DNA of 64,000 bases from Vicugna vicugna (Eukaryota), in assembly GCA_013265495.1 (NCBI GenBank), contig MU058540.1:1327696-1391695 (forward strand). The letters run 5' to 3'. The notes below the pieces were generated by a model, which ran no database searches, was not told the origin of the DNA, and was given only the letters and a program-made list of their open reading frames with translations. This document shows, in pieces, positions 49,770 through 62,215 of the stretch. Positions within the stretch are counted from its first letter, which is position 1, and every line of letters begins with the position of its first letter. The position numbers and the translations under genes were made by a program.

Positions 49770-50950
49770 CCACGTTCCGCGGCCGCTAATACTCCGCAGT
49801 ACCTTAGGATCAACCCCCACCTCCCTTCCGTCTCTCCTGCCCTCCATGGCCCTCAACTCTCCTTCTCTGTTCCCTCTAGCCCTGCTCAGTGCCCAAATTT
49901 CTTCCATGGCCTGGGGAAAGGGGTGCCCCTCAGTGCCCGCTTGGCCCGCCCTGCCGCCGGGCTCGGTGTCCCTTCCCTTCCCCTCGGGGCCCCGAGGCCG
50001 CTGCCAGCGCTGGAGCGGCGGGGCCGGCTCACCAGTTGGTCATGTCCAGGAAGAAGGCGCAGCCCGCCGGGTTGAGCTGGAAACCGAGCAGCCGCTGGAA
50101 CTCGGAGATGAGCACGTCCTTGTCGGTGGTGCCCAGGCAGCTGAACTTCTGCATCAGCTCGGGGTCCAGGTCCACGTCCATGCCCTCCATGGCTGGGGCC
50201 GGACACTCGCTTCCCCGCCTCCTCACAACCGAGCCGCCGCCGCGCCGCCGGGCCCGGGGACCGGGAGGGGGCCCGCTGCTAGCTGGCGCCGCGACCCCGC
50301 TCCTCTGAGGTAGGCCCCGGGCCTCTCACCGCCTCATAGGGGTAAACTCACTCAGCCACTCACTCACTCATCGGAGGCCCGCCCCTTAGTGGCGTCACAA
50401 TCCCGTGACGTCCCCCGCGTGACCTCACCGAGGTGGAGCGAGGTGGCGGGCAGTGGTAAGAAGGAAAGGGACAGTCGGGTCGCGCGAGGAGGTGACTCCT
50501 GGCCTGACCTTCTCCTTGCCCCACCCCCGCTCTCAGTGGGAGGAGTTAAAGCTCCGGGTTGAGAGAGAAGCTCCGGATCTTCGTCTGAGACAAGTCCACC
50601 ATTTTGCAGGTGAGGAAACCGAAGTCGCGAAGGAACAGAGACCCTGGCAAGGTCAACTACCAAAGTGCACGCAGGATCCAGTTTTCCCAGCCAGGGGTTT
50701 GCCCTTCACGCTGGAAGAACTTGTTTGCATAAGTTTCTAGAGCTGCTTTCCTTGAGAGATAATGCCCTAAATCCTGGCCATCCTCGGTGGTGCTTACTAC
50801 AGTTTATCAGTGCTGCATGTGTTATGCAACGGTAATCTCGAATCTCCGGCAAATAAAGGAGGCCTCGATACAAACAAACGTCAACACGGGGCCAAGCGAA
50901 TACCGCACGTAATCTTCTACACGCTCCGCCAAGTTGAGGCAGGAAAATTT
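49770..50950. promoter_or_regulatory. CpG island / ILRUN promoter and 5' UTR
   Basis: Very GC- and CpG-dense stretch around exon 1 in an otherwise AT-rich, CpG-depleted window. GC box (GGGGCGGG on minus, about 50378-50385) and CRE half-sites CGTCA (50393-50397) and TGACG (50406-50410). The TSS cannot be determined from sequence alone. Confidence 0.88.
50033..50190 (-). CDS. ILRUN: ILRUN (C6orf106) coding exon 1, 158 nt, start of the UBA-like domain
   Basis: Translation MEGMDVDLDPELMQKFSCLGTTDKDVLISEFQRLLGFQLNPAGCAFFLDMTN(W) matches the ILRUN N-terminus as I recall it. ATG at 50190 in strong Kozak context (GCCATGG). Donor TG|GTGAG at 50033/50032, phase 2. Confidence 0.97.
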
Positions 50951-52284
50951 GATATGCCTTGTTAAGTTTTCAGAAGGCAAAGTGTTACTGTACATATAGT
51001 ACACCAACCTGGTAAAGGCCCCGTTTCAAGATCAAAAAATGAGAAAGAAAGCATAGGGACCATCTTGTTTACCCACTTTGATTCCTTCTTTCAGAACGTC
51101 CTTTTAGACCCCCTATTTGCCCGACACGTCTACATCCAAAGGGGAAAAAGATGTGTAGGAAATGGCCTCCTGTCTTCAAGTAGCTCTGTTTTACAAATAA
51201 GAAGAGTGAGATCCAAAAAGTTTATATGCCTTGTCCGAAAATACAGAGAAGCATAACTAGAACACAGCTTTCATGTTCCTAATGGAGTATGTTTTCCATA
51301 ACAATTACAACAACAGACAACTAGAATAAGTGACTGGTAATATCTGGGGTGCTGTGAGGTTTTGAAGAAGGAAAACAGTCTACATTCTTCTGTCCCAAAT
51401 AAGACTAAAAGCCTGGGTTCTGGAGTCACACATTTGGGATTCAAATTCTCATTCTGCCATTGGTATTGGTAATCATTGTGCATGCCCATATAGGATTGTT
51501 GTGAGGATTAAATGAGGTAACAACATGTAAATTCACTACCCTGAGATCTTAGCTCGCATCTAAACAGTCCACATAATGCAAAAAGATCCTTGCATATGAC
51601 AGACCCAAATGGCTCAGAACTTCATTTCATGGCGGGAGTTATCTCAAAGGAGTACGACTCCTCAAGTGAATTCTGAAACTGTGGGGACATTTTTGGATCT
51701 TATGGGATTGGGGATGGCCCCCTGACTGTTGATTACCAGAGAAACAGGGATTTTAATTATCTGCAATTCTTGGGACAGTGGTGCGATAAAAAACTGTCCC
51801 ATCCCTAACCACTGTGCATACTGACCAAGGCAGCTGGCACATTAGATATCAAGGAAGAACTAGCCTTCACTCCCACCCCATGTCACCCTCCATGGAATGC
51901 TGCTTTTGTGGGGATGGGATATGAAATCTAGAACTATATCGGAAACTATGCTTGAATATGCCACGGCCTGGTACGTACCCAAGACCAGATAGTTTCTGAA
52001 CTTCTTGGGCTGGTGATCTTGTGTAAAAATCTAAACTAATCCCAGATCCCCAGACCAGGTCAGTTTTAGGGTTTCATAAGGAAGTTAAGCCATTCTGTCA
52101 TTCAGAATGTCTAGGAGAAAAGTGATTCATTTCACTGGGGCAGCCTAGATTGCCTCCATGTCTCCAAGTCCTTAAGATTCAGAATTGCCAAGGCCAGCAA
52201 GTAGTGAGATTATGCCACAGCATAACTGATTCAGAGAATAAAGAGTCCAAATAGACATTAGCATTCATTATATGATAACAGCAA

Positions 52285-52760
52285 CTTGTAGTAGAAACCT
52301 TTTGGGTGCATGTCCAAACCGTGATGACCGCCTTTCTCTGAGAACCACTAACAGCCCTCTAGTTGGCCCCCAGCAGCCATCTCTGCCCCATATAACCTTG
52401 TTCCTTAGCAGTTATTGATTGGGCAAGAGGGAGACACCTGACCTGCATCAGCCAATCAGATTCTCTCAGGAATTTGGAATTGAAACTCAATGAGTTGGTG
52501 GAAGAGGCCTAAGCTGTTTGAGAATGAGTGATAGAAATACAAGAAAAGAGACCATCTATGTGGGGCACCCATGAAAAATAGATAATGCCCACCTGCAGAA
52601 AGAGAGCCATGAAGCAGAGAGTAGGAAAGATAAGAGACCTGAAGGCATAGAAGAGAAAGGTTCCTGTCCTCCTGAGTTCTGATTATTTAGCTTCCCTTAG
52701 ATTCCATAGGATTCTCCAGGCTCCATTCAAAATTCATTATCTCCTGGATGAAGTGAAAGA
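52285..52760 (+). mobile_element. ERVL-type (LTR16/LTR33-like) LTR remnant
   Basis: TGATTGGGCAAGAGGAGACACCTGACC..GCCAATCAGATTCTCTCAGGAATTTGGAATTG motif. Confidence 0.5.
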
Positions 52761-54064
52761 ATTCATAAGAAGAAGAAGAAAATAAAGTGAATATTTGATT
52801 TCTAGATAGAAATGGACATCCTACTCTTAAAAATAATGGAAACCCCATAGGAAAAAAAAACCAAGAAAAATGACAATTCACAAAAGAAATACAAATGGCC
52901 AATAACATATTGAAAGATATATGCCACTCAGATACAGAAATAGATTAAAACAACAATCAGGTATCTCGTTTGTCTAATCAGATTGGCAAAGCTTTAAAAA
53001 AATTTATAAAAGCTTTTGTTGGTGAGAGTGTGGGGAAATGGATACTATGAAACACCACTGCTTCTGGGAATGTAAATTGATAGAATTTTTTCCAAAGATA
53101 AGTAGATGGGATTTACATAAATTGGTATAAAGAACCTTTAAAATATTCATATACTGTAGCCCCCAAATCCTAGGCTTATAAATAAGCTTTTCATAGAAGT
53201 ATCATAATGCATACAGTAATGAAAAGTTAAAAAGCTAGAAATAGCCCCAATGTCCACCAGTAAAAGAATTGTTGCAAAAAGGAAAAAAAGTTGTGGGCAG
53301 GGATGGACAAAATCCTTACTTTTTTTTCACCAATATAGTTAAATATGAGTTTATTTTAGTTCTTCACATTCTCCCTCCCCAAGTCAGCTGCCTTAAATCT
53401 TGTAAGCTGCAAAGTCTAGGAAGCAGCTAACAGTCAAATGAGCTGTTCAGTCAAGCAAGCAGGTGTCTGCTGGTTTACTATCAGCAAGGCTTAAGTTAGG
53501 GACATTGGCTCAGAAAGAGAGCCTTCATCTGTGTGTTGTGTGACTATCAACAAATTAGTTTCTAAACCTTAGTTTCTTCATCTCTATATAGGGAATGCTG
53601 CAAAAAGATCACTGAAGTGGAGCAAAAGAGTAAATCAAAGGAAAGAAAAAAATTTAGAATTTAACCTACAGCTACAATTAACAGTTACATAAACATAAAC
53701 ACAAGTGAAAACTTCTGTGCTGTGCTTATTTCTTTAAATTGGAAGTTTAAATGAGATGGTCCTAAGTGATTGTAAATGTTAAATATGAAGATATTAGAAG
53801 ACAATGGAAGAGACAGTGCCATAAATTCTATAAATAACTACCTAGAGGTAGCCAACAGTGCAAAGCAGCAAACGTTCCAGTGCCAAATGAACAGTAGACA
53901 AAGAGGCTGTAGGACTTGTGGGGAGGGAAGAGTGGAGGGAAGAGGGATGCTCAGAGAGCCTGGAAGCCAACCTTCCCCAGGTCCTAGATGATTCTCCACA
54001 TGATTTGAGGAACAGGCTGGTGAGGGGACACATGACAAAATCTTTTAGGCATTTGTCGTCTTAA

Positions 54065-54875
54065 TTGTGATTTTATAAACACATAACAACATTTACCCTC
54101 TTAATCATTTTTAAGTGTACAGTTCAGTAGTGTTAAGCATATTCACATTGTGCAACCAATCTCCAGAACTTTTTCATCTTGAAAAACTGCAACTCTGTAC
54201 CCATTAAAAGACAATTCCCCTTTTCCCCACCCTCAGTCCCTGGAAACCACCATTCTACTTTCTGTTTCTATGAAGTTGATTACTGTAGTGATCATACAGT
54301 GTTTGTCTTTTGTGACTGGCTTATTTCACTTAGCATAATGTCCTCAAGGTTTATCCATGTAGCATACATCAGAATTTCCTTCCTTCAGAAGGCTGAATGA
54401 TATTTCATTGTATGTATATGCCACATTTTACCTATCTGTTTAACCACTGATGGACATCTGGGTTGCTTCTACCTCTAGGCCATTGTGAACAGTGCTGTAG
54501 TGAATATGAATGCAAATATCTCTTCAAAACCCTGCTTTCAGTTCTTTTGGATAGATACTCAGAAGTGAGATTTCTGGATCATATGGTAGTTCTATTTTTA
54601 CTTCTTTAAAGATGCTTCATACTGTTTTCCAGAGTGCTTACACCATTTTCAGTCCCACCAACAGTGTACAGGTATTCCAGTTTCTCCACATCCTTGCTAA
54701 CGCTGGTTATTTGTGGTTTTTTGGGGTTTAATTTTTTTTTTAATCAAAGCTAAAGCACAAGCATGCTAACACACTCTATGGCTGAGCTATAACCCACCCC
54801 CTTGTTTTTTGAGTTTTGATTGTAGCCATCTAATGGGTTTGAGGGGATATCTCACTGAGGTTTTGATTTGCAGTT
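54065..54875 (-). mobile_element. L1M 3' fragment
   Basis: TTTTAAGTGTACAGTTCAGTAGTGTTAAG..CTGGCTTATTTCACTTAGCATAATGTCCTCAAGGTTTATCCATG..TTTCTCCACATCCTTGCTAAC. Confidence 0.88.
54720..54800 (-). mobile_element. Degenerate or truncated tRNA-derived SINE in L1
   Basis: Reverse complement GGGGGTGGGTTATAGCTCAG..GTGTTAGCATGC followed by an A-rich tail. Confidence 0.55.
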
Positions 54876-56524
54876 CTGTGAGTGTACTTGAGGAGACGGT
54901 CTCTCTGGGAAGTGAGTGGGTGAGGCTGAAGAGCAGCCTCCTGCAGTAAATAGTACCTCCACTTTCAGCATCCACTCAGAGCATGATGGGAAAGGACCAG
55001 ATTCCCCCACATCTAGGGTTTTTCCAGTTCCTTTACCTGTTATCCTACTCAAGAGATACAAAAACAGAAAGCACCAATCTACTGTACTATTTTTTTCTTC
55101 TGAACAGAGCATCTGATGCCCTGAGTCTCTTTTTTCCTACTGTGGTGAATGGGACAGTGCAAAAGAAAACCTGTCTTTATCTCACATCCCTCAGTCCCTT
55201 GACCTAGATACATCTGGAAGTAGTCCATTCTTTTATTGCTTTTCTTCTTCTTCTTCTTTTCTTGGCCCCTTTAGTTTACCAGAGCCAAAACATCTTCCAA
55301 GAACATACATCAACTCCTTACCTCTCCCTCATGTGAAGAAAACTCACATGTCCTCTTGTTCATTGTAATCACTCTTTTCACTCTCTCCAACTGGGTCACA
55401 ATGTGTAAAACATCTTACTGTCTGCATCCCAGGTAGAGGTAGAAAGAAAAGGAGGAAAAGGGGAACAAATACATAATGAACTCCTACAATGTGCCAAATG
55501 TCCATCATTTTAAGTACTTTGTCTCATGTAATCCTCACAACAAAATGAGATCAGAGTTATTACAATTACCATTTTGCAGAGAAGGAAATGGAGAGTGAGA
55601 GTTTATAAAATGTGTCCAAGGAGACACAAGTATTGAGAACACCAAGATTTAAGCTCAAAGTTCAGAAAGAAACCTGTTTTCCTCTTTACTCCAGATTTCC
55701 TTCAGTACGAAGAAGTTTGCCTTTTCACCATGTGTTCAGCTTGATTGTTTCTATGGAGCTGTCAATGTTTCATCTTACTGTGTTTCTTTGATAATTTCCA
55801 GGATACTGCCAAGTAGATTAACATTAATGCTAATATCTTAAATTTATATAATAACACCTTATCGTTTTTCAATGTACCCATCCTCTCATCTCATCCTCAG
55901 GAAAAACATTTTTCAGTTTATTTTTTAATGGCTTTATTATTTTGCATAGACTTATATATGGTTGCTGCAAATAAAATTAAGCAGTATAGAAAATTATAAA
56001 GAAGAAAATAAAAATTACCCTAAATCCCACTACCTAGTGATAACCATTATTAATATTATAGTAAATACGTTTTTCATGTCTCTCTCCATTTGTACAATTT
56101 GCCTAAGTGGTATCATACTTTGCCTGCCTCTCTAACCTGCTTTTTAAAATTTAGAATATATTGAAAAAACAGCTTTCCACATCAATAAATATAAATTTAC
56201 ATCATCATTTTTAATGGCTACATAGTATTCCAATTTAGGAGTGTATTTTACTTGACCAGTCTCCTGTTGATGGACTCTGAGACTACTTATAATTTTGTAT
56301 TGTTATAGAAATTATGAGCCCCAATTAAGGATTAGGGAACTAAAACTCTGAGAAGCTAAATGACCCCTTTTTCAAAATTCAGGTCTGGAACTAAGCTGCT
56401 CAGTCCCAGACTTACGACTCTTAAAACAGTACTCTTTCCAACTAAACTACCAGAGCATGAAGCTGGAATTAGTGACATAAGATATGGACTTGACAACTAA
56501 AACTGATAGTTTTTAACTGCCCCA

Positions 56525-56875
56525 TTTCTTAAAAAGTTAAGCATATACTTACCATAAAACCCAGCCATTCCACTCCTGTGTATTGACCCAAAAGAAATGA
56601 AAGCATATGTTCTTGTACATGAATGTTCACAGAACTTTACTTGTAGTATTCAAATAATGGAAAAAATGTTCATCAACAGGAAAATGGATAAACATATTGT
56701 GACATAGCTATACAATGGAATACTACTCATCAACCAAAAGGAATGAGCTATGGATCCATACAAAACATGGATGAGTCTTGAAAATCTTATATTGAGCAAA
56801 AGAAGCCAGATGCAATGGAATATATACTGCATAATTCCACTCTGTGAAGTTCAACAGGCAAACTAAGCTGTACTA
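56525..56875 (+). mobile_element. Old L1M fragment
   Basis: TTTCTTAAAAAGTTAAGCATATACTTACCAT..CATTCCACTCCT..ACAATGGAATACTACTCA. Confidence 0.75.
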
Positions 56876-57639
56876 CTGAAGAGTGACCAGTGAGGTCCTC
56901 CTCTCTTCACACATTTCTCAAGAGCAGACCTGTCTGTGAGGGCCACATGTCTGAAGCCCTCGCCTTCACCACACATGTAAAAGCTGAAGGAGTCCATGAA
57001 AAGAAGATTTTGTGTCAAAAATAGACTTTCAAGGAACAAAGGAAAAGCTATTTCCTGAACTGGGCATAGGGGAGCAATTCCTGGAAAGATAAATACTTGA
57101 AAACCTACTTTGAATTTCAAAGGGCTGAGAAGGACTCCAGGTAATAACAATCTGCCTCTGCCTCAGTGGTCCAGGAGAATTTCACTGCCCCTCATTTGCC
57201 TTCAGTCCACCTCCTCCCACTGCAGAACCTCTGAAACCACTTTACAGACAATCTCAGTTTCTACAGAAAAGAGAACATGAAATGACTTTCAGATGCTCAA
57301 CTGGTTAGGATGTCAGAGGTGGCTGCTTGGAAAAGAATGCAGAACAAAACAAAACTGAAAGCCCTAAGGAAGAATTTCTATAAAGCAAATATTTGTCTGT
57401 AACTGCTCACAGCAACCTGCAATAAAGGCATCTCCAAAAACAAAATGTTTGTTTTTTCTTTACTTGTGTGTGTGTATGTGTGTGTAGAATGATATGGATG
57501 AGGCCAGGATAAAAGACAGTAAGTTAATACTCCATTTCTTACCAGACTACCCATGACTAGAAGGTAATAAGTTCCATCATCAGCAAACTTTCAACCTGCA
57601 TCTCTGTGTATTACCATGTTTCCCTGAATCTAATTTCCC

Positions 57640-57795
57640 TGACTACCCACATCAGAGTCACTTGAGGGAAGGTGGCTCTGGTTTAAAATGCTAGTTTTTA
57701 GGTTCCAGACTCCCTTGAATTTGTCAGTGTGTCTGGGATGGAGCCCAGGAATCCCCAGGTGATTTTTATGCACAGTGAAGCTTGAAGATCATTAC
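57640..57795. mobile_element. MER5A-like hAT remnant
   Basis: CACATCAGAGTCACTTG..CTGGGATGGAGCCCAGGAATC..CCAGGTGATTTTTATGCAC..TTGAAGATCA. Confidence 0.55.
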
Positions 57796-57919
57796 CGTAA
57801 ACACAGTTAGTTGTTTATTAATGGTTTGCTCAATAGTTAACTTGATCAGAGGTTGAAAAGTTCAAATCTATATTTTCACTGGTACGTTAGAATTACATCT
57901 GTATCAAGAAAAGCAGGCT

Positions 57920-58240
57920 TCCTCCTCCCTTGGATCAGCCCACCTCCCATTCTTGGGGGTGTACTTTTTCCTTTTCTTTTAAATAAATCTTTGAAATCTT
58001 TTGCTGCACAATCTCGCACCATCTCCTGATTGCAAACTTGTCTTTCGGGTATGACAAGAACTGGGGTCTTTACCTTTTGGGTAAACAAATTGACTTCAGA
58101 TTATTTTTAAAGAAAATTCTGGTCTTTCTTCAGATGTTGATACCTCCTAGGTATCCTCCTCCCTTGGATCAGCCCACCTCCCATTCTTGGGGGTGTACTT
58201 TTCCTTTCCTTTCCTTTTAAATAGATCTTTTAAAATCTTT
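57920..58240 (+). repeat. Direct repeat of about 82-87 bp (57920-58001 and 58154-58240)
   Basis: Both copies begin TCCTCCTCCCTTGGATCAGCCCACCTCCCATTCTTGGGGGTGTACTTTT and end AAATA(A/G)ATCTTT(G/TA)AAATCTTT. Confidence 0.9.
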
Positions 58241-58271
58241 CAGCGTACACACACACACACAAGCAATTATG

Positions 58272-59148
<877 letters not shown>

Positions 59149-61984
59149 AAGCAATTATGAATTGGCGAAGAAGCAAACACTGGATGGTTGTGAATGTACA
59201 TCCAAACAATCTTTCTGATATTGTCAGCAATATGTATAAAAATCTTTCTAATATGCTCTGATTCATATTTTCTACTCCTAGTCATGTATCTGAAGAAAAT
59301 AATGAGTAAGCTAAGAACTATGTATAAGAATGTTTATTTTGCCATTGTTCATAATAATGAAAAATTGAAACCATCTAAATATCTAACAGGAGATTTTTAA
59401 AGATGTTAAGTTATGATAGTGCCATATAATAAATGCAGATTGACATTTAGTGATATGGAAACATGTTTACAGTACATCATTGAGAAGGATTATAAAACAT
59501 TTCCCCATATTTCATTTTTGTAAAGAAAAATTAAAACCAAAAAATTTGGAAGAATAAAATATAAAATATTAACAGTAATTATCTCTCGTTGGTATGATTA
59601 CAGGTCATATACATTTTTCATCTTTGTAATTTTTCCAAATTGTTTTAAAATAATAGATACTATTTTTATAATCAGAAAAAAACAGTAAAGGTAGAGTCCT
59701 TTTGTTGTTCTTATTGAAGTATAGTTGATTTACAATATAATATTAGTTTTAGGTGTACAACATAGTGATTCAGTATTTTTAGAAATTATATGCCATTTAA
59801 AGTTATTACAAAATAATGACTGTATTTCCCTGTGCTGTATAATATATCTTTGTTACTTATTTATTTTATACGTAGTGTTTTTTATCTCTTAACCCCCTAC
59901 CCCTAAGATTATATTCATTTTGAATAAAAGGGGGCAGACCACTGAATTCAATCTCTGAGAAGTGGGGTAAAGTTCCACATCTACTGCTTTGAACCTCACT
60001 TTTTTTTCTATAAAATAGGGATGGTAATTTCTTCCCTGTCTACCTCAGAGGGTAGCTGTGAAATAGAATGTGGAAGTGTTTTGGAAACCATAAAATGTTT
60101 TATAAAGTTAGTGTATTATTAAGTCTTGATTTTCACATCAGAGACACAAATTCATGCAATACCTAGATATGCAAAGATTGGTCATTAAAGCATAAAGCTA
60201 GATCTTTTTTTAAAAAAACTTTTTTACTTTTTATTATGGAAGTTTTAAAACATGTAACAAAAGTAGACAGAAAAATACAATGACCTACCATGTATACTTC
60301 ACCTGGCTTCAATATTACCAGCTTAACAGCCAATTTATTTTAGCCACACTTGCCTACCCACCCCTACCTTCTCCCATATTAACATAGTATTAAGCTGGCA
60401 TTGGGCCTCTGAAACTTTCATATGCACAGAAGAATTTTAGTTCTTAATTCCTCATCTGAAAAGACAGAATTGTACACTTTAAAAAGGGTGAATTTTATGG
60501 TACTCAAATTGCATTCCAATTTTTTTTTAAAGACAGGAGTTAACATATGAACAACACTTAGCATAAGTGTCTGGCATTTAGAAACAGCTCATTATGGGTA
60601 AATTCTCATCCATGGTGTAGCCATGACTTCAAGTTTTAAGGTGGCTATAAATCCTACTTTTAAAAATACCAAAACACTAAGCAACAACTAGAGGGTTAAC
60701 GGTGACAATATTGTGTAAAGTGTAGTTATTGGAATAGGGGTGACATTTTCCCCATCAATTTACATCAAAACTTTACATGATTATAATAAAAATTTACATG
60801 AAAATCTTCTATTATTCATAATATGTACCACTTAAATTAAAAAAAAAAACATATCCATATCCAAACCCGTATTGTCTCCCCAGATTATTCATTCTCAGAA
60901 GGCATTCTACCAAAAACTCAACATCACAACCAAGAGTTGATTTAATGCTACTCCTAGAGATTGTGCCTGCAGCTTAGCATTGGGGCAATCATAGGGGCCC
61001 CAAAGTCTGACAGACTTGAATTCAAATCCCAGCCCTGTCACCTACCAGATATGTGACTTCAGAGAAATTCAAATTAAGTACTCCTAAATCTTGCCCTCTA
61101 GCTCCTCCCTCTTACAGTGCATAGGAGACCTAAATAAGAGAAGGTAAATAAAAGCACTTAGCATGATGCCCAACACATAGTGGGTTAGCAATAACATCTC
61201 ACAAGATATTCCTTTTATTTATAGAAGAGCTTTTGAATTCATTATCATAGATACTGTTTTCCTTTTGATGAAGAAACTGATGAGCTTAATCAGTATTACT
61301 GAGCTCCTGGAGCCAGAGACTACTCATTCTCTACTGGGAAAGTGAAAATTGAGACAATCACCTGGCACCGTTGTGACTTGGCTATGTTTAGGAAACTTGA
61401 AGTGGTTTTCCCTACATTCCAGCAAGTCCATTTCTAGGTATGTGCCCTAGAAAATTCTCACATGTGTGACAAGGAGACACATTAGAATGTTCATTGCAAC
61501 AACACTTATGAGAGCAAAAAATTGGAAGCAATCTCCACGTTCATTAACAGGAAAATGGATAGATCAATTGTGATATACTCATGAACTCAAACACGACTGA
61601 GTGAACTAGCCATATATGGCCATGTGAGTAAATCTCAAAATCACAAGGCTAAATGGAAAAAGTAATGGCAGAAGGATTCATACAATATGATACCATTTTT
61701 ATGAGGTTTAAATGTATGTGAAATAATAGTATATAATTTTTATGATTCATATATATCACCTTAAAAAATAACAAGTAATAAATTCAGGATAATTGTTATC
61801 TCAAGAAAGAAAAAGAGGGGAATATGATAGGGGAGGGATACCTGGGTGTGTATGTGTAATTGTTTCTATAATATTTTATTTCTTTAAAAATATCTAAAGC
61901 AAATGGGGCATAATGTTAGGATTTGTATGTAAGGACATGAGTGTTTGTTATGTTATTCTTTATACGTATATATGTATATAAGCA

Positions 61985-62215
61985 GGAAACATTTATGTAG
62001 TGCTTATGTCATACATTACGTTCTTTACCTGTATTAACTAATTTAATCATTTCAGCAATCCTATAAGGTAGTAACTATGATTACCCGCATTTTACAGAAG
62101 AGGAAACTAAGGTACAGAGATAAGAGAGTTGCCCAGATGTTATATATTTGGTACGTGGTGATCCTGGGAATTGAAGACAGTCTGGTTTCAGAGTCTCTTA
62201 ATAACCACACCCTCC
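61985..62215 (-). mobile_element. MIR SINE
   Basis: CCTATAAGGTAGTAACTATGATTACCCGCATTTTACAGAAGAGGAAACTAAGGTACAGAGA core. Similar MIR pieces occur near 34390-34500, 51410-51530, 55480-55630 and 61010-61180. Confidence 0.75.

Noticed and set aside
50191..50226. 12-aa N-terminal extension of ILRUN from a GTG at 50226
   Set aside because: Non-AUG start called by the ORF finder, with no supporting evidence; the ATG at 50190 has strong Kozak context and matches the known N-terminus.
49617..50740. Long overlapping ORFs on both strands near exon 1
   Set aside because: Expected from stop-codon scarcity in a GC-rich CpG island; low-complexity Pro/Ala/Gly/Arg content and no recognisable domain.
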